Positions 28,199-38,230 of a DNA stretch of 64,000 nucleotides are shown one piece after another. Both the position numbers and the translations under genes were made by a program. Every line of letters begins with the position of its first letter. Positions within the stretch are counted from its first letter, which is position 1. Below the pieces are notes generated by a model. It was not told the DNA's origin. It ran no database searches and saw nothing but the letters and a program-made list of their open reading frames with translations. This DNA comes from Candidatus Saccharimonadota bacterium. Its GTDB lineage: Bacteria > Patescibacteriota > Saccharimonadia > CAILAD01 > BJGX01. The stretch is taken from the NCBI GenBank assembly GCA_046350735.1, contig JAXLZU010000001.1:574297-638296 (forward strand), written 5' to 3'.

Positions 28199-28711
28199 TC
28201 AGTAGTCGAGCTTGCACAGCTCGGGCAGACCCGAGCCGAAGCCGCGCACACCGGCCATGTTGGCCAGCCCTGCCAGCTCGGTGTCGCACGGGCCACCCAT
28301 GAAGGTGGCCAAGCCGGCCTGGCTGCTGACGCCCTGATGCACGCGCGCCGAGGCGCGCATGGCAGGCCTGGGGCCGGGGATGTCGGCGCTGGTGATGACC
28401 GGCAGTGCCACCTTCAGCTTGGCGTTGGCGGCGGGCAGAGGGCCCGGGATGTCGTCGACATCGATGATGCGGCTGTGGCGACCGCCCTCCTGACGGGTCA
28501 GCATCGTGCGGACGTTGACGAGGATGACACCCATGAGGGTGCGCACGTCCTCGGCGACGCTCTCGCCCATGAAGGGCTTGGCGAGGATGACGTAGTCGGG
28601 GTCTCGGGCATCGAGCTCGAAGACGGTCTCGACGCCGTCGATGGTGGCGATGGCCTCGCACAGCGAGAACTCGAAGGTGGCTTCGGTGTAAACGAGCAAT
28701 ACGGTTTCCAT
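28199..28711 (-). CDS. Hypothetical protein with high GC3; N-terminus resembles an Lrp/AsnC ligand-binding (RAM) domain
   Basis: EAIATIDGVETVFEL...DYVILA pattern; TTGACT-17-TAACAT promoter; GCACCCCA-GGAGG-6-ATG. Confidence 0.7.
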   Translation of the reverse strand: METVLLVYTEATFEFSLCEAIATIDGVETVFELDARDPDYVILAKPFMGESVAEDVRTLMGVILVNVRTMLTRQEGGRHSRIIDVDDIPGPLPAANAKLKVALPVITSADIPGPRPAMRASARVHQGVSSQAGLATFMGGPCDTELAGLANMAGVRGFGSGLPELCKLDY

Positions 28712-28810
28712 GTATTACCTCCTGGGGTGCTATCTGATGTATCTCATCAGAATCCGACTTACTATGTTAGCATAAAAAGCATAGAAAGTCAATATTATTA
28801 CGTAGATAAT

Positions 28811-29599
28811 TTAAAGTAATTTGAGTGTAATAAAGCCACTTATGGCAGTAATAATTTGCTGTTGGGCATGTTCTTCAGTAATTTCTGCACTATTATCTCC
28901 TGGTTGAGTCTTGGCAAAACTGCCAAACAGTGTGTGGTTACCTCCCTCTATTACTACAAACTGTGTGTTGGCCGGTAACGAGTTTTTGCTATCGAGAATT
29001 TTTTGTGGCGTCGCTAAGCCGTCTTTGCTAGCAGAGATACTTACTACCGGAATACCAAGCTGGGTAGCATCGCCATTACAATAACTTGCCAACAGTATAA
29101 GACCAGATAGCTTCTGTTGGTGTGATTTAGCATAATCACACGCCGCCACGCCGCCCAAACTATGTCCGGCAACATACCAGTGTGTAATATGGGGGTTTTC
29201 GCGCATAATTCTATCGGCTCGGTTTACATCGAGCAGAGCAAAATGTAGTGGGCTGCGAATAATGAATACCGCAATGCCCTTTTGGGCAAGCTCGGCATAA
29301 CGGGCAATATACGCCGAAGGTTCGGCAAAGGCACCGGGGTAAATTATTACCGCAGAGCTAGCCTGAGTAGCTGTAGGCTCTATAGCGTAGTAACTACCAT
29401 TACTACTTACCTGAATAGCCGGGTTGGTCTGGGCTGCATGTAGTTGCTGGGTATTACTCGGCAAGCTGTGTGTGGCGTTCCACAAAAAATAGCCAATAAA
29501 TAGCAGAGCTACTCCAGCAATAAAAATACCGATAACAATCAGTATTCTCAGCCAGGCGCGAGGCCGAGTGTTGGCTGTAGTGTGTGGGGTAGTCTTCAT
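28811..29599 (-). CDS. Alpha/beta hydrolase (Abhydrolase_5-like), membrane-anchored
   Basis: IIYPGA, AGHSLGG, DGLA, IEGGNH. Confidence 0.9.
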   Translation of the reverse strand: MKTTPHTTANTRPRAWLRILIVIGIFIAGVALLFIGYFLWNATHSLPSNTQQLHAAQTNPAIQVSSNGSYYAIEPTATQASSAVIIYPGAFAEPSAYIARYAELAQKGIAVFIIRSPLHFALLDVNRADRIMRENPHITHWYVAGHSLGGVAACDYAKSHQQKLSGLILLASYCNGDATQLGIPVVSISASKDGLATPQKILDSKNSLPANTQFVVIEGGNHTLFGSFAKTQPGDNSAEITEEHAQQQIITAISGFITLKLL

Positions 29600-29698
29600 A
29601 TACCCTAGTATAACAAAACTGTAATCGTTAGTTTCGAATAATCAACTAAAGTGCTATAATAGGCGCGATCTTGTACCATACCAGCCAGTGGGGGTAAG

Positions 29699-30037
29699 AT
29701 GACGATAGAATATATTCCCCTTGCAGAATGCCAACATGGCGGACTCTACTCTGTACTTTCTCAGCACTTTACTCTAGCAGTCTATAACGAAGAAGATCAG
29801 ACCTTTGTGGGAATTCGCCATAAGCTAGGCAAACATTACTTGTTTAAGATTCATCATATAGATTACGACGAGATGCTCGGCGGTGTATGCCCTATTGCCT
29901 TCCTCGAAAAATGTCCTCTACACGATCTTTCTACTGATCATAGTCGTGGTACTCGTTATGTAGAAAACCACGCCCTAATGGTGTATTTGCAAGATGCACG
30001 AATGCAATATTCTCATTTATTTGCCGGCTCAGAATAA
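29699..30037 (+). CDS. Hypothetical ORFan (GTACC-leader cassette)
   Basis: TGCTATAAT-12-GTACCATA...GGGGG-taag-ATG; terminator gctcagaa-taac-ttctgagc-ttttt at 30027-30051. Confidence 0.75.
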   Translation: MTIEYIPLAECQHGGLYSVLSQHFTLAVYNEEDQTFVGIRHKLGKHYLFKIHHIDYDEMLGGVCPIAFLEKCPLHDLSTDHSRGTRYVENHALMVYLQDARMQYSHLFAGSE

Positions 30038-30122
30038 CTTCTGAGCTTTTTATTTTAGTAAGTCTCGACCCCGGCTGGAGGGGATAATACCCCCCTCAGC
30101 CGAGTCTACAAATCAATCGGTA

Positions 30123-30791
30123 CTATGGTAGCGGAATAGTAACAGTATTACTTACTGCATTAATAGCGTTTGTGGCGTCCACTATTGAGTTGCTATTGTT
30201 TGAGTCAGTAGTAGTGTTGTTTGAGTTATTGGTGTTGTGAGAATCTGTCGAGCTTGTTGAACTTACAACACTGCTGGTGGTGGTTGTAGTGGTGTTGTTA
30301 GAATCGCTAGTGTTGTTACTGCCATTACCATTATTACTACCATTACCATTGTTTGCGTTGTGTAGTGAATTATCAGTATTAGTAGTGGTGGTAGTGGTGT
30401 TAAAGCTTCCGCTATAACTGTAGTTATTATTGGTTGTTGTGTTGGTTTCGGTGCTGTTTTGAGTATTGGTGTTAGTGTAATTGCCTGGTAAAACTGAAGC
30501 TAATACACCCAATACTTGGCCATTAAAGGCTAGTGGAGCTCCTGAGCTAGCACCGGCTACTGCAGCTGGACACATACCGCTACCAGTTGCAACTAAAGCA
30601 TAGCCAGCTGGTACTTGATATGATGGATTAGCATTGTTGGTTTGTACAGAGTCAGCTTTGGCCAGACGTGGCACAAGCAATGCAAGAGTAAGTACAAAGG
30701 TTGCAGGCACGGCAAGTGCAAGAGCAGCCATTGTTCCGAATAGTGTTTTTGTGTTTATTTGTAGCGTGACGCTTTGTGATTGTGAACTCAT
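30123..30791 (-). CDS. Exported or anchored Asn/Thr/Ser-rich low-complexity protein
   Basis: N-terminal hydrophobic segment ending AKA; NNGNG and DS(N/H)N repeats; strong SD. Confidence 0.8.
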   Translation of the reverse strand: MSSQSQSVTLQINTKTLFGTMAALALAVPATFVLTLALLVPRLAKADSVQTNNANPSYQVPAGYALVATGSGMCPAAVAGASSGAPLAFNGQVLGVLASVLPGNYTNTNTQNSTETNTTTNNNYSYSGSFNTTTTTTNTDNSLHNANNGNGSNNGNGSNNTSDSNNTTTTTTSSVVSSTSSTDSHNTNNSNNTTTDSNNSNSIVDATNAINAVSNTVTIPLP

Positions 30792-30981
30792 TGTATAGTT
30801 CCCCCCTTTTAAATTTATTATATTTGCACGTTACGCCCTTTGTAATTTAGCATGCAAGCATAAGTCTGTTACTTTTTTTAGTGGCCATCTGGCATAATGC
30901 TTATACTAAAAAACTCCGCTTATGTTTACATAGGCTTACAATATATACACACAGCGAAGAATATAAAAACCTAATAAAGAA

Positions 30982-31188
30982 TTATTGAATGTGTTTGGGG
31001 TAAAGATAACTAAGACTTACTACTACAGCTGAGAGACCAACACCAAAGGTGGCACCGCGCCAAAAAGCGTCGGCTGGTGCAAACCAACCCACCAACATGG
31101 CGCACAATCCTACTACTAGTAAGATCCAGCCTGTGGTAACTTGTTTTTTTAGCTTGCCAGTGTGTTTGGTTTTAATTTTGAGGGCCAT
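30982..31188 (-). CDS. Small 2-TM membrane protein
   Basis: ATG 31188 after AAAGGA; two hydrophobic helices. Confidence 0.65.
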   Translation of the reverse strand: MALKIKTKHTGKLKKQVTTGWILLVVGLCAMLVGWFAPADAFWRGATFGVGLSAVVVSLSYLYPKHIQ

Positions 31189-31259
31189 AGATTCCTTTGT
31201 TTTATTCTTATGTTTAATTTTAACCATAAACGAAATGATTGACAAGTTCTACAAATAAA

Positions 31260-31886
31260 CTATACGGTTTTCTTTTTGAAGACTGGTAAACGCAATATAA
31301 GCGGTATTAGCAAGAAACCAAAGAATGCCATATTGCCTAGCGGAATTATTGCCAAACAAACAAGACCAGCCACAATTAAAAAGACTAGACTACGATTTTG
31401 ACCAGCCCGAATATTGGTCTCACTATATTCGCGATAAAATTCTCTGTGCCGACTAGCATATACGCCCTGAATATAGGTTACCAATGCAAGCAAAAACAGG
31501 TTTAGCGGGTAAAAAATTTGTCCAATTATTAGATTTGGATAGTGACCATTGAGACTCGTAGTAAATGGTATAAGCACCACGATAAAGAGTCGCGCAGTAT
31601 TGAGTACAACTAACGTGTCGTTTACTTTGGTAATATACTCAAACTGGCGCGTATGCACTGACCACATTAGGCCCAAAATAATAAAGCTCAGGGTAAAGCT
31701 GATAAAATTAGATGATAACCCCTTAAGTGCCTCTAATAGCACACCGTCACTAACCACACCGCCAATTTGTGGCACAACCAGATCGAGCACCAATAGCGTC
31801 ATGGCAATAGCAAACACACCGTCAGTAAGATTTTCTATACGACGGGTAGAATACAACTCGCCTTTAGTTTGACTAGGTAATTTCAT
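31260..31886 (-). CDS. TMEM175 family (DUF1211) K+ channel
   Basis: RIENLTDGVFAIAMTLLVLDL, SF..LGLMWSVH, LIPFTT. Confidence 0.9.
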   Translation of the reverse strand: MKLPSQTKGELYSTRRIENLTDGVFAIAMTLLVLDLVVPQIGGVVSDGVLLEALKGLSSNFISFTLSFIILGLMWSVHTRQFEYITKVNDTLVVLNTARLFIVVLIPFTTSLNGHYPNLIIGQIFYPLNLFLLALVTYIQGVYASRHREFYREYSETNIRAGQNRSLVFLIVAGLVCLAIIPLGNMAFFGFLLIPLILRLPVFKKKTV

Positions 31887-31943
31887 ACGTAAGCTTTATT
31901 ATAGCAAATTAATTGGCTATAAAATTTGCTACAATATATATCC

Positions 31944-33110
31944 ATGGAGAAATATAGTAAAGACCAGGCTGAGGCACTTACCACCATTGGTCGGTGGCTA
32001 AAAACGCCAGAGCAGCAGTACTTAACTTTGGGTGGATATGCTGGTACTGGCAAAACTACCCTGCTGGCCGCGTTTCGCAAAATTCTCTTCGATAACAATC
32101 CGGACAAGCGTGTGGCCTTTGCAGCTTTTACCGGTAAGGCTGCCCAGGTATTACGTACTAAACTGCAAGACCAAAAAGTATTACAAAAAGCTGATAGTTG
32201 CTCTACTCTACATAGCCTAATGTATTATTCCGAAGGCAAAAAAGATGCCGCACCCCAGTGGCGCAAGCGCGAAACCTTGCCGTACGACATTATCGTGGTA
32301 GATGAAGCTTCGATGGTTTCGGAAGATATCTGGAATGATGTGCTTAGTTTTGGAAAACCGGTTTTAGCAGTAGGTGATCACGGTCAATTACCACCCATTA
32401 ACTCTCAATTTAATCTAATGGCAAACCCAGATATACGGCTCGAGAAAATATGGCGACAAGCAGCCAATAGCCCAATTATTCAAGTAGCCACCATGGCTCG
32501 GCAAACTGGCCAAATACCAGTTGGTGAATATGGTAATGGTGTGCAAAAGCTCTCGCGTTCTTTGCCAGAGACTGGTGATGTTATCGAAGAAATATTGCGT
32601 GGACCAGCCGATGAACGGTTGGTATTGTGTGGATACAATCACACTCGAGTAAAACTGAATACACATATTCGTGAGCTGAAAGAATTTGATAGCCCCGAAC
32701 CGGCTCGGGGTGACACGATAGTATGTTTACGTAACAGTCGTGAGAGTGGTTTGCACAATGGACAGTTAGGCGTAATAGAAGCAATCGTCCCGGCCGAAAA
32801 CGACCCAGAAAATATTTGGTATTATATTGTGGCAAATTTTGATGATTTGCGATTTGAGGGCTATGCACCGCGTGAGCAATTTGGTGCCGCTACTACCCTA
32901 ACTCGTCCACCTCGCCGCGCCAAAAAAGATATTGTGGGGCTGTTTGATTTTGGCTATGCCCTTACGGTACATAAGGCTCAGGGTAGTCAAGCATTAAAGG
33001 TGTTGGTCTTTGAAGAACGCTTTGCCAAAATGAGCGACGACGACTGGCGCCGCTGGCTCTACACCGCCGTAACCCGAGCAGAACAAGAACTCATTATTGT
33101 CGGATATTAA
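31944..33110 (+). CDS. SF1B helicase, RecD/Dda-like
   Basis: GYAGTGKTT, AFTGKAA, VDEASMV, GDHGQLPP, TVHKAQGS, YTAVTRA. Confidence 0.92.
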   Translation: MEKYSKDQAEALTTIGRWLKTPEQQYLTLGGYAGTGKTTLLAAFRKILFDNNPDKRVAFAAFTGKAAQVLRTKLQDQKVLQKADSCSTLHSLMYYSEGKKDAAPQWRKRETLPYDIIVVDEASMVSEDIWNDVLSFGKPVLAVGDHGQLPPINSQFNLMANPDIRLEKIWRQAANSPIIQVATMARQTGQIPVGEYGNGVQKLSRSLPETGDVIEEILRGPADERLVLCGYNHTRVKLNTHIRELKEFDSPEPARGDTIVCLRNSRESGLHNGQLGVIEAIVPAENDPENIWYYIVANFDDLRFEGYAPREQFGAATTLTRPPRRAKKDIVGLFDFGYALTVHKAQGSQALKVLVFEERFAKMSDDDWRRWLYTAVTRAEQELIIVGY

Positions 33111-33114
33111 TCTA

Positions 33115-33621
33115 TTATTTTGTACCGCCAGTTTCGGCAATCTTTACAAATCGTTTGCCATCGCTTAGGTAATAATCCGCAATGTTATAAAGCTCAAACT
33201 CTGGTAAACGAAACCGAGAGGCAATATCGAGAAGTTCACGAAAAGTTGGTGGCTCTGTATCGAGTAGCGAAAACACCAATACCGTAGACACACTATACCG
33301 GCGCCAATGCTTAAACAGTTTGTTTTCGAAAAACACAGCTATTTTATCACTACGTTCCTTGCCCTCTAGCTTGGTAGGTAGATTTATCTGACACATTGCC
33401 TCATCAAAATAACAATCAATCGTGGCTTGGTCTGGCGAAATTATTACAGAGTCAAATCCTATTTCTTTACTGCCGTTAGAGTAGATCATGTCGGGATTTT
33501 CGCTAAAACGCACAAAGCTATAGCCATCGTAGTCATGACAAATCTGTAAAAACTGCTCTATTAGCTGAAATTCACGCTGTTTTTTGTCTTCTGAGAGCGA
33601 GCTGTGTAATGGTGAGTTCAT
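33115..33621 (-). CDS. Hypothetical protein, possible degenerate PD-(D/E)xK fold
   Basis: SENPDMIYSNGSKEIGFD pattern; overlaps the thermonuclease stop (ATGA). Confidence 0.65.
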   Translation of the reverse strand: MNSPLHSSLSEDKKQREFQLIEQFLQICHDYDGYSFVRFSENPDMIYSNGSKEIGFDSVIISPDQATIDCYFDEAMCQINLPTKLEGKERSDKIAVFFENKLFKHWRRYSVSTVLVFSLLDTEPPTFRELLDIASRFRLPEFELYNIADYYLSDGKRFVKIAETGGTK

Positions 33622-34184
33622 TGAGTTACCGCCGCCTGCTTCGTATTACCATTGCACGTAGCTGGGCTCCAGAAGCCTTTCTGAGCAGCTTTGGCATCTG
33701 CCTCAGCCATTTTAAACTGGTCCTGATATTTATAGGTCTGCTTGTTATAGGTGTACTCGTGAGCAAAACCATCAGCAATCATTGTTTGATTATACAGCGT
33801 ACCATCAGGCAAGAATACATATCCCAACGTACGACCGTACTTGTCTAATTCGCCTACGAGCGGGTCGGTCTCTATCTTAATATTTTGATTTTCGAGCAAT
33901 TGATGGCCACGGGCACTAGCCTCACGACCAAAACACTGTACAGGTTTGCGTGGGTCTACCACCTCTGGAGTATCCATTCCAATCAGTCGTATGGTTCGTT
34001 TTTGGCCATTCCAATCTACAACTACAGTATCGCCATCATCTACTTTTACGACTCTATATGATCCACTACTAGTACTGCCGGCCTGGCTATGATTACGATA
34101 TATACCTGCGTATATCAGTAATGCACCAATAATAATTGCTAGTAAGCTTAGGCCAAAGGCATTGGCGCTACGCCGTCTACTCAT
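33618..34184 (-). CDS. Thermonuclease (SNase) family
   Basis: VDDGDT, IRLIGMDTPE, DKYGRTLGYV. Confidence 0.93.
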   Translation of the reverse strand: MSRRRSANAFGLSLLAIIIGALLIYAGIYRNHSQAGSTSSGSYRVVKVDDGDTVVVDWNGQKRTIRLIGMDTPEVVDPRKPVQCFGREASARGHQLLENQNIKIETDPLVGELDKYGRTLGYVFLPDGTLYNQTMIADGFAHEYTYNKQTYKYQDQFKMAEADAKAAQKGFWSPATCNGNTKQAAVTQ

Positions 34185-35304
34185 ATACTTCTTTGCTTCC
34201 TACGGTTAACGTGCGGCGCCGTGCATACACACTTTCTAAAATACCTACCGAAACAAGAGAAATAAGCATACTCGTCCCACCAGCCGAGATAAACGGCAAT
34301 GGAATACCGGTAACTGGTAAGATGCCTATGTTCATGCCAATATTAATAACTACATGAAACGCAAACATGGTGGCTATACCGATAGCCAAAAAAGTACCAA
34401 ATCTATCAGAAGCATTTTTGGCTATCCACAACGCACGAATTACCAGTACACAATACAAGGCAATACAAACTATTGCACCCATAAAGCCAAGTTTTTCTGA
34501 TAATACTGCAAAGATAAAGTCTGTATGCTGTGAGGGCAAGAAATTACCTTGCGATTGCGACCCAGAGCTAAGACCTTGGCCAAACAACCCACCCGAGCCC
34601 ACAGCGATAATAGCTTGATTAACATTATACCCCGTCCCCGTTGGGTTGGCCGTTGGCTCAAAAAACGTGGTAATTCTCTGTCGCTGATATGGGGCCAGAT
34701 GTGGCAACAAAAGTGGAATTGCAACTATAAAGGCTACTGCGCCGGCTACGAAGTATCGCTTTTTAATACGCGAACACATTGCCATAGCTAGCCAGATAAC
34801 AGTCAACACCATTCCTGTACCAAGGTCGGGCTGGGCTACTACCAAAATAAGTGGCGGTAGTAGATATAAAATAGAATATATTAGGTACTTAAACTTATCA
34901 CTCTGGTCGTAATTAACTGAGAAGAATTTTGCCAAAACAATCGTTAGGGCCAGCTTGGCAAACTCTGAAGGTTGAAACTGAAAAAACCCGAGATTTATCC
35001 AGCGAGTGGCACCAAGGCGAGTAGCCCCAAAAATCTCAACAATTAATAGCAGTACTACCATTACAATATAAATAACACGGCTATAATTTTTGAGAATAGA
35101 ATAATCAGACCTTGCAAATAACCAAAGTAGGCCAAACCCAACTACTACATAGAGTATTTGCTTGCTAGTATCGAGCTGGTTACCTCCGGCATTTTGTATT
35201 CCCGAAGAATACAGAATCAGCAACCCTAACGCCGCTAACAAGCCGGTGGCTGCTAATAATATTAAATCGGTCTTGCGAAATTGAAATCGCAGGCGATTCT
35301 GCAT
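34177..35304 (-). CDS. rodA: SEDS protein RodA
   Basis: GATRWI, FQPSEFAK, QPDLGT, HTDFIF, TGIPLPFISAGG. Confidence 0.93.
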   Translation of the reverse strand: MQNRLRFQFRKTDLILLAATGLLAALGLLILYSSGIQNAGGNQLDTSKQILYVVVGFGLLWLFARSDYSILKNYSRVIYIVMVVLLLIVEIFGATRLGATRWINLGFFQFQPSEFAKLALTIVLAKFFSVNYDQSDKFKYLIYSILYLLPPLILVVAQPDLGTGMVLTVIWLAMAMCSRIKKRYFVAGAVAFIVAIPLLLPHLAPYQRQRITTFFEPTANPTGTGYNVNQAIIAVGSGGLFGQGLSSGSQSQGNFLPSQHTDFIFAVLSEKLGFMGAIVCIALYCVLVIRALWIAKNASDRFGTFLAIGIATMFAFHVVINIGMNIGILPVTGIPLPFISAGGTSMLISLVSVGILESVYARRRTLTVGSKEVYE

Positions 35305-35307
35305 GTG

Positions 35308-38211
35308 CTATGCCTTTTGCAAAGAAATAGTTAACTTCATACCCTCAATTGTAACATCCTTTGTAAATGCATGGTTCTGAGATTTTAGATCTAATGTTGT
35401 AGCTAATACCTCGTTTTTTAGTAATTTTTCGAACTCGCTAATTGCAGTTTTGAGTGTATTTTCATCGGTCTGCAAAGCAAGCTCAATACGGTTATCTACT
35501 TCGAGTTCTGCTTCTTTTCTGGCCTGTTGAATATTTCTAATTACCTCACGTACCCATCCCTCGTTTTGCAGAGTTTGAGTAATTTTTGTATCCAAAGATA
35601 CTTTTAGGATATCGGCTTTTTTTACAACAATGCTTTTGGTGTTCAACTCATCGGTAATTATCGAAGCCAAGTCTTTAGAAAGAGCTTTGGGGCTTTGCAG
35701 AGTTACTTTGGCGAGAGGTTGGCGTACCTTAATACCTGCACTCGCACGAGCTGCCAAACCATCATTAACCACCTGTCTAACTAGAGACATTTGCTCTAAG
35801 ATGCTCGTTGCTTGGGTAGAATCTGATGTTGGCCATTGACTGAGATGCACAGACTCTGGTGCCTTAGTAATATCGGCTACCAAATGTCGATAAAAGTAAT
35901 CAGAAGCAAATGGTGCATAGGGCGCCAATAGCTGACAAACCCTTACCAGTGCCCAATGAAGCGTTCTATACGCATCTGCCTTGTCATTATCGTCTTCGCT
36001 CTTCCAGAAACGTCGTCGACTACGACGTATATACCAGTTAGACAACTCATCTACTAACTCATAGACTGGCCAACTTGCCTTGGCAAGGTCGTAATTTTCG
36101 GCGGCATCTGTACAGACAGTAACTGTATTGTTTACCAGTGCCACCAGCCAGATATCGAGTGGGTTAGATAGATTGGTTGGCACTTCTAGACCCTCTGGCT
36201 TCCAGCCATCAATCTCGGCATACATCGATAGAAACGATACACTATTCCCAAGGGTCATAAATAGATTGCGATTAATGTCACGTAGGGCTGTTCTGTCAAA
36301 GCGCATATAATCGGCCGTTACTGCTGGAGTACTAGAGAGCAAATAAAATCGTAAGCTGTCTGCACCTTCGGTAGCAAAAACATCTTCTATAGGCGGGTAA
36401 TTCTTAAGTCGCTTGGAGAGCTTTTGGCCGTCTGCTGCCATTATCATGCCATTAACTAAAACATTCTTATATGCCGGTTTATCAAATAGAATGGTCGAGA
36501 TAACATGTAACACATAAAACCACAATCTAGTTTGATCAAGCCCTTCACCAATATAGTCAGCCGGAAAACTCTGCTCAAACTGCTCTTTATTATCAAACGG
36601 AAAGTGTTTCTGCGCATATGGCATAGAGCCAGACTCAAACCAACAATCAATCACTTCTTCAACCCTTCGATAGGTCTTGCCGTCTTTTTTGATAACAACG
36701 TCATCAATATAGGGACGATGCAAGTCACTTAGATCTGGTGAGCCTTCTGCTAATTCTTGCAACTGCTGTATGCTCTCAATAACAATATAGTCAGTCTCAT
36801 CACTCTCATTTACCCAAATAGGTACGGGTGCTCCCCAGTATCTATTACGACTAATTGCCCAGTCTCTTGCGCCCTCTAGCCATTTACCAAAACGTCCAGT
36901 GCTAATGTTTTCTGGTGTCCATCTAATATCTTTGGCAGAAGTAAGCAGCTGATCTTTTATCTTCGATACCGCAATAAACCATGTGTCAATAGCATAGTAG
37001 AGTAGCGGTGTATCACAGCGGTAACAGAAAGGATATGTGTGCTCGAGTTTCTCAGCAGCATACATAGACCCCTTTTGGGTTAACTCTTCAACAATTATAT
37101 TGTCGGCTCCCTTAAAGAATTTACCTTCAAAACCATCCAAACCAATTCCCGATTTGATTTTTCCTTCGGTATCTACCGTCTGTAATACCGGAATATCATT
37201 GGCCTGCCCCAGAGCTAAATCATCCTCCCCAAAGGCCGGAGCAACATGTAATACACCCGTTCCATCTTCTGTACTTACAAACTCAGCTGGCCAGATTTTG
37301 TATAGATTATCATTTTGCGGGGTATTTTGTAGTCTAAATACTGGTTCGTATCTGCGTCCTACCAGGTCTTTACCACTCATCTTTTCGAGTACTTCAAAGG
37401 TATCGCTATTGAGGCTCTCTAGTCGGGTCTCGGCCAAAATAAGCACTTCACTCTTCTCATCGTCATCTTTGAGCTTCACTTTTACATAGTTGGCATCAGG
37501 CTTAACTGCAAGAGCTGCGTTGCCAGGCAAGCTCCATGGGGTGGTTGTCCAGGCCAGCATGTATTCGTCACTGTCAATCAACTTAAATTTAACAAACACA
37601 CTTGGGTCGAGTACGTTATCTTTATACCCTTCATTTACCTCAAAATTACTCAGCGGCGTGGCACAACGTGGACAATATGGCATGCTTTTGTAGCCTTTAT
37701 ATATGAGTCCTTTTTGATGAATTTGCGCAAACACCCACCATACTGATTCGGTAAAGCTGGTGTCGATTGTAGCATACGCGTGTTCTTTGTCTGTCCAGCG
37801 ACCGATTCTATCAAAAAAGTCTTCCCAGTCTTTTTTGTAGGTAAAGACCGACTCTTTGCAGGCAGCATTAAATTTATCAATACCATACTCAGCAATCTGC
37901 TTTTTACCAGAAATTTCGAGTTTTTTTTCTATCTCGAATTCTACCGGCAAACCATGACAATCCCAGCCATTACGGCGCTCTACATATCGGCCGCGCATAG
38001 TCTGAAACCGACCAATACTGTCTTTTATACTTGTTACTAGACTATGACCAAAATGTGGCAAGCCATTAGCAAATGGGGGGCCATCGTAAAAACTAAATGG
38101 CTCACCCTGCTTGGTCTGCTCGAGAGAACGCTCGAAGATACTGTTTTCTCTCCAGAAAACGAGCATTTCTTCTTCGACTTGTTTGGCATTATATGGAATA
38201 AGTTTTTTCAC
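35308..38211 (-). CDS. ileS: Isoleucyl-tRNA synthetase, type 2
   Basis: YDGPPFANGLPHFGH, GWDCHGLP, WTTTPW, KLSKRLKNYP; GTG start after AAAGGAG. Confidence 0.97.
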   Translation of the reverse strand: MKKLIPYNAKQVEEEMLVFWRENSIFERSLEQTKQGEPFSFYDGPPFANGLPHFGHSLVTSIKDSIGRFQTMRGRYVERRNGWDCHGLPVEFEIEKKLEISGKKQIAEYGIDKFNAACKESVFTYKKDWEDFFDRIGRWTDKEHAYATIDTSFTESVWWVFAQIHQKGLIYKGYKSMPYCPRCATPLSNFEVNEGYKDNVLDPSVFVKFKLIDSDEYMLAWTTTPWSLPGNAALAVKPDANYVKVKLKDDDEKSEVLILAETRLESLNSDTFEVLEKMSGKDLVGRRYEPVFRLQNTPQNDNLYKIWPAEFVSTEDGTGVLHVAPAFGEDDLALGQANDIPVLQTVDTEGKIKSGIGLDGFEGKFFKGADNIIVEELTQKGSMYAAEKLEHTYPFCYRCDTPLLYYAIDTWFIAVSKIKDQLLTSAKDIRWTPENISTGRFGKWLEGARDWAISRNRYWGAPVPIWVNESDETDYIVIESIQQLQELAEGSPDLSDLHRPYIDDVVIKKDGKTYRRVEEVIDCWFESGSMPYAQKHFPFDNKEQFEQSFPADYIGEGLDQTRLWFYVLHVISTILFDKPAYKNVLVNGMIMAADGQKLSKRLKNYPPIEDVFATEGADSLRFYLLSSTPAVTADYMRFDRTALRDINRNLFMTLGNSVSFLSMYAEIDGWKPEGLEVPTNLSNPLDIWLVALVNNTVTVCTDAAENYDLAKASWPVYELVDELSNWYIRRSRRRFWKSEDDNDKADAYRTLHWALVRVCQLLAPYAPFASDYFYRHLVADITKAPESVHLSQWPTSDSTQATSILEQMSLVRQVVNDGLAARASAGIKVRQPLAKVTLQSPKALSKDLASIITDELNTKSIVVKKADILKVSLDTKITQTLQNEGWVREVIRNIQQARKEAELEVDNRIELALQTDENTLKTAISEFEKLLKNEVLATTLDLKSQNHAFTKDVTIEGMKLTISLQKA

Positions 38212-38230
38212 AATTTCTCCTTTACATAAC

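Noticed and set aside
27966-28819. Alternative long ORFs 27966-28661(-) and 28337-28819(+)
   Set aside because: Shadow ORFs of high-GC DNA (Arg/His/Gly-rich); only 28199-28711 has a promoter, SD and GC3 pattern.
30180-30480. Trinucleotide-like gtt/gta/gtg repeats as a tandem repeat or CRISPR
   Set aside because: Explained by Asn/Thr codons of ORF 30123-30791; no repeat-spacer periodicity.
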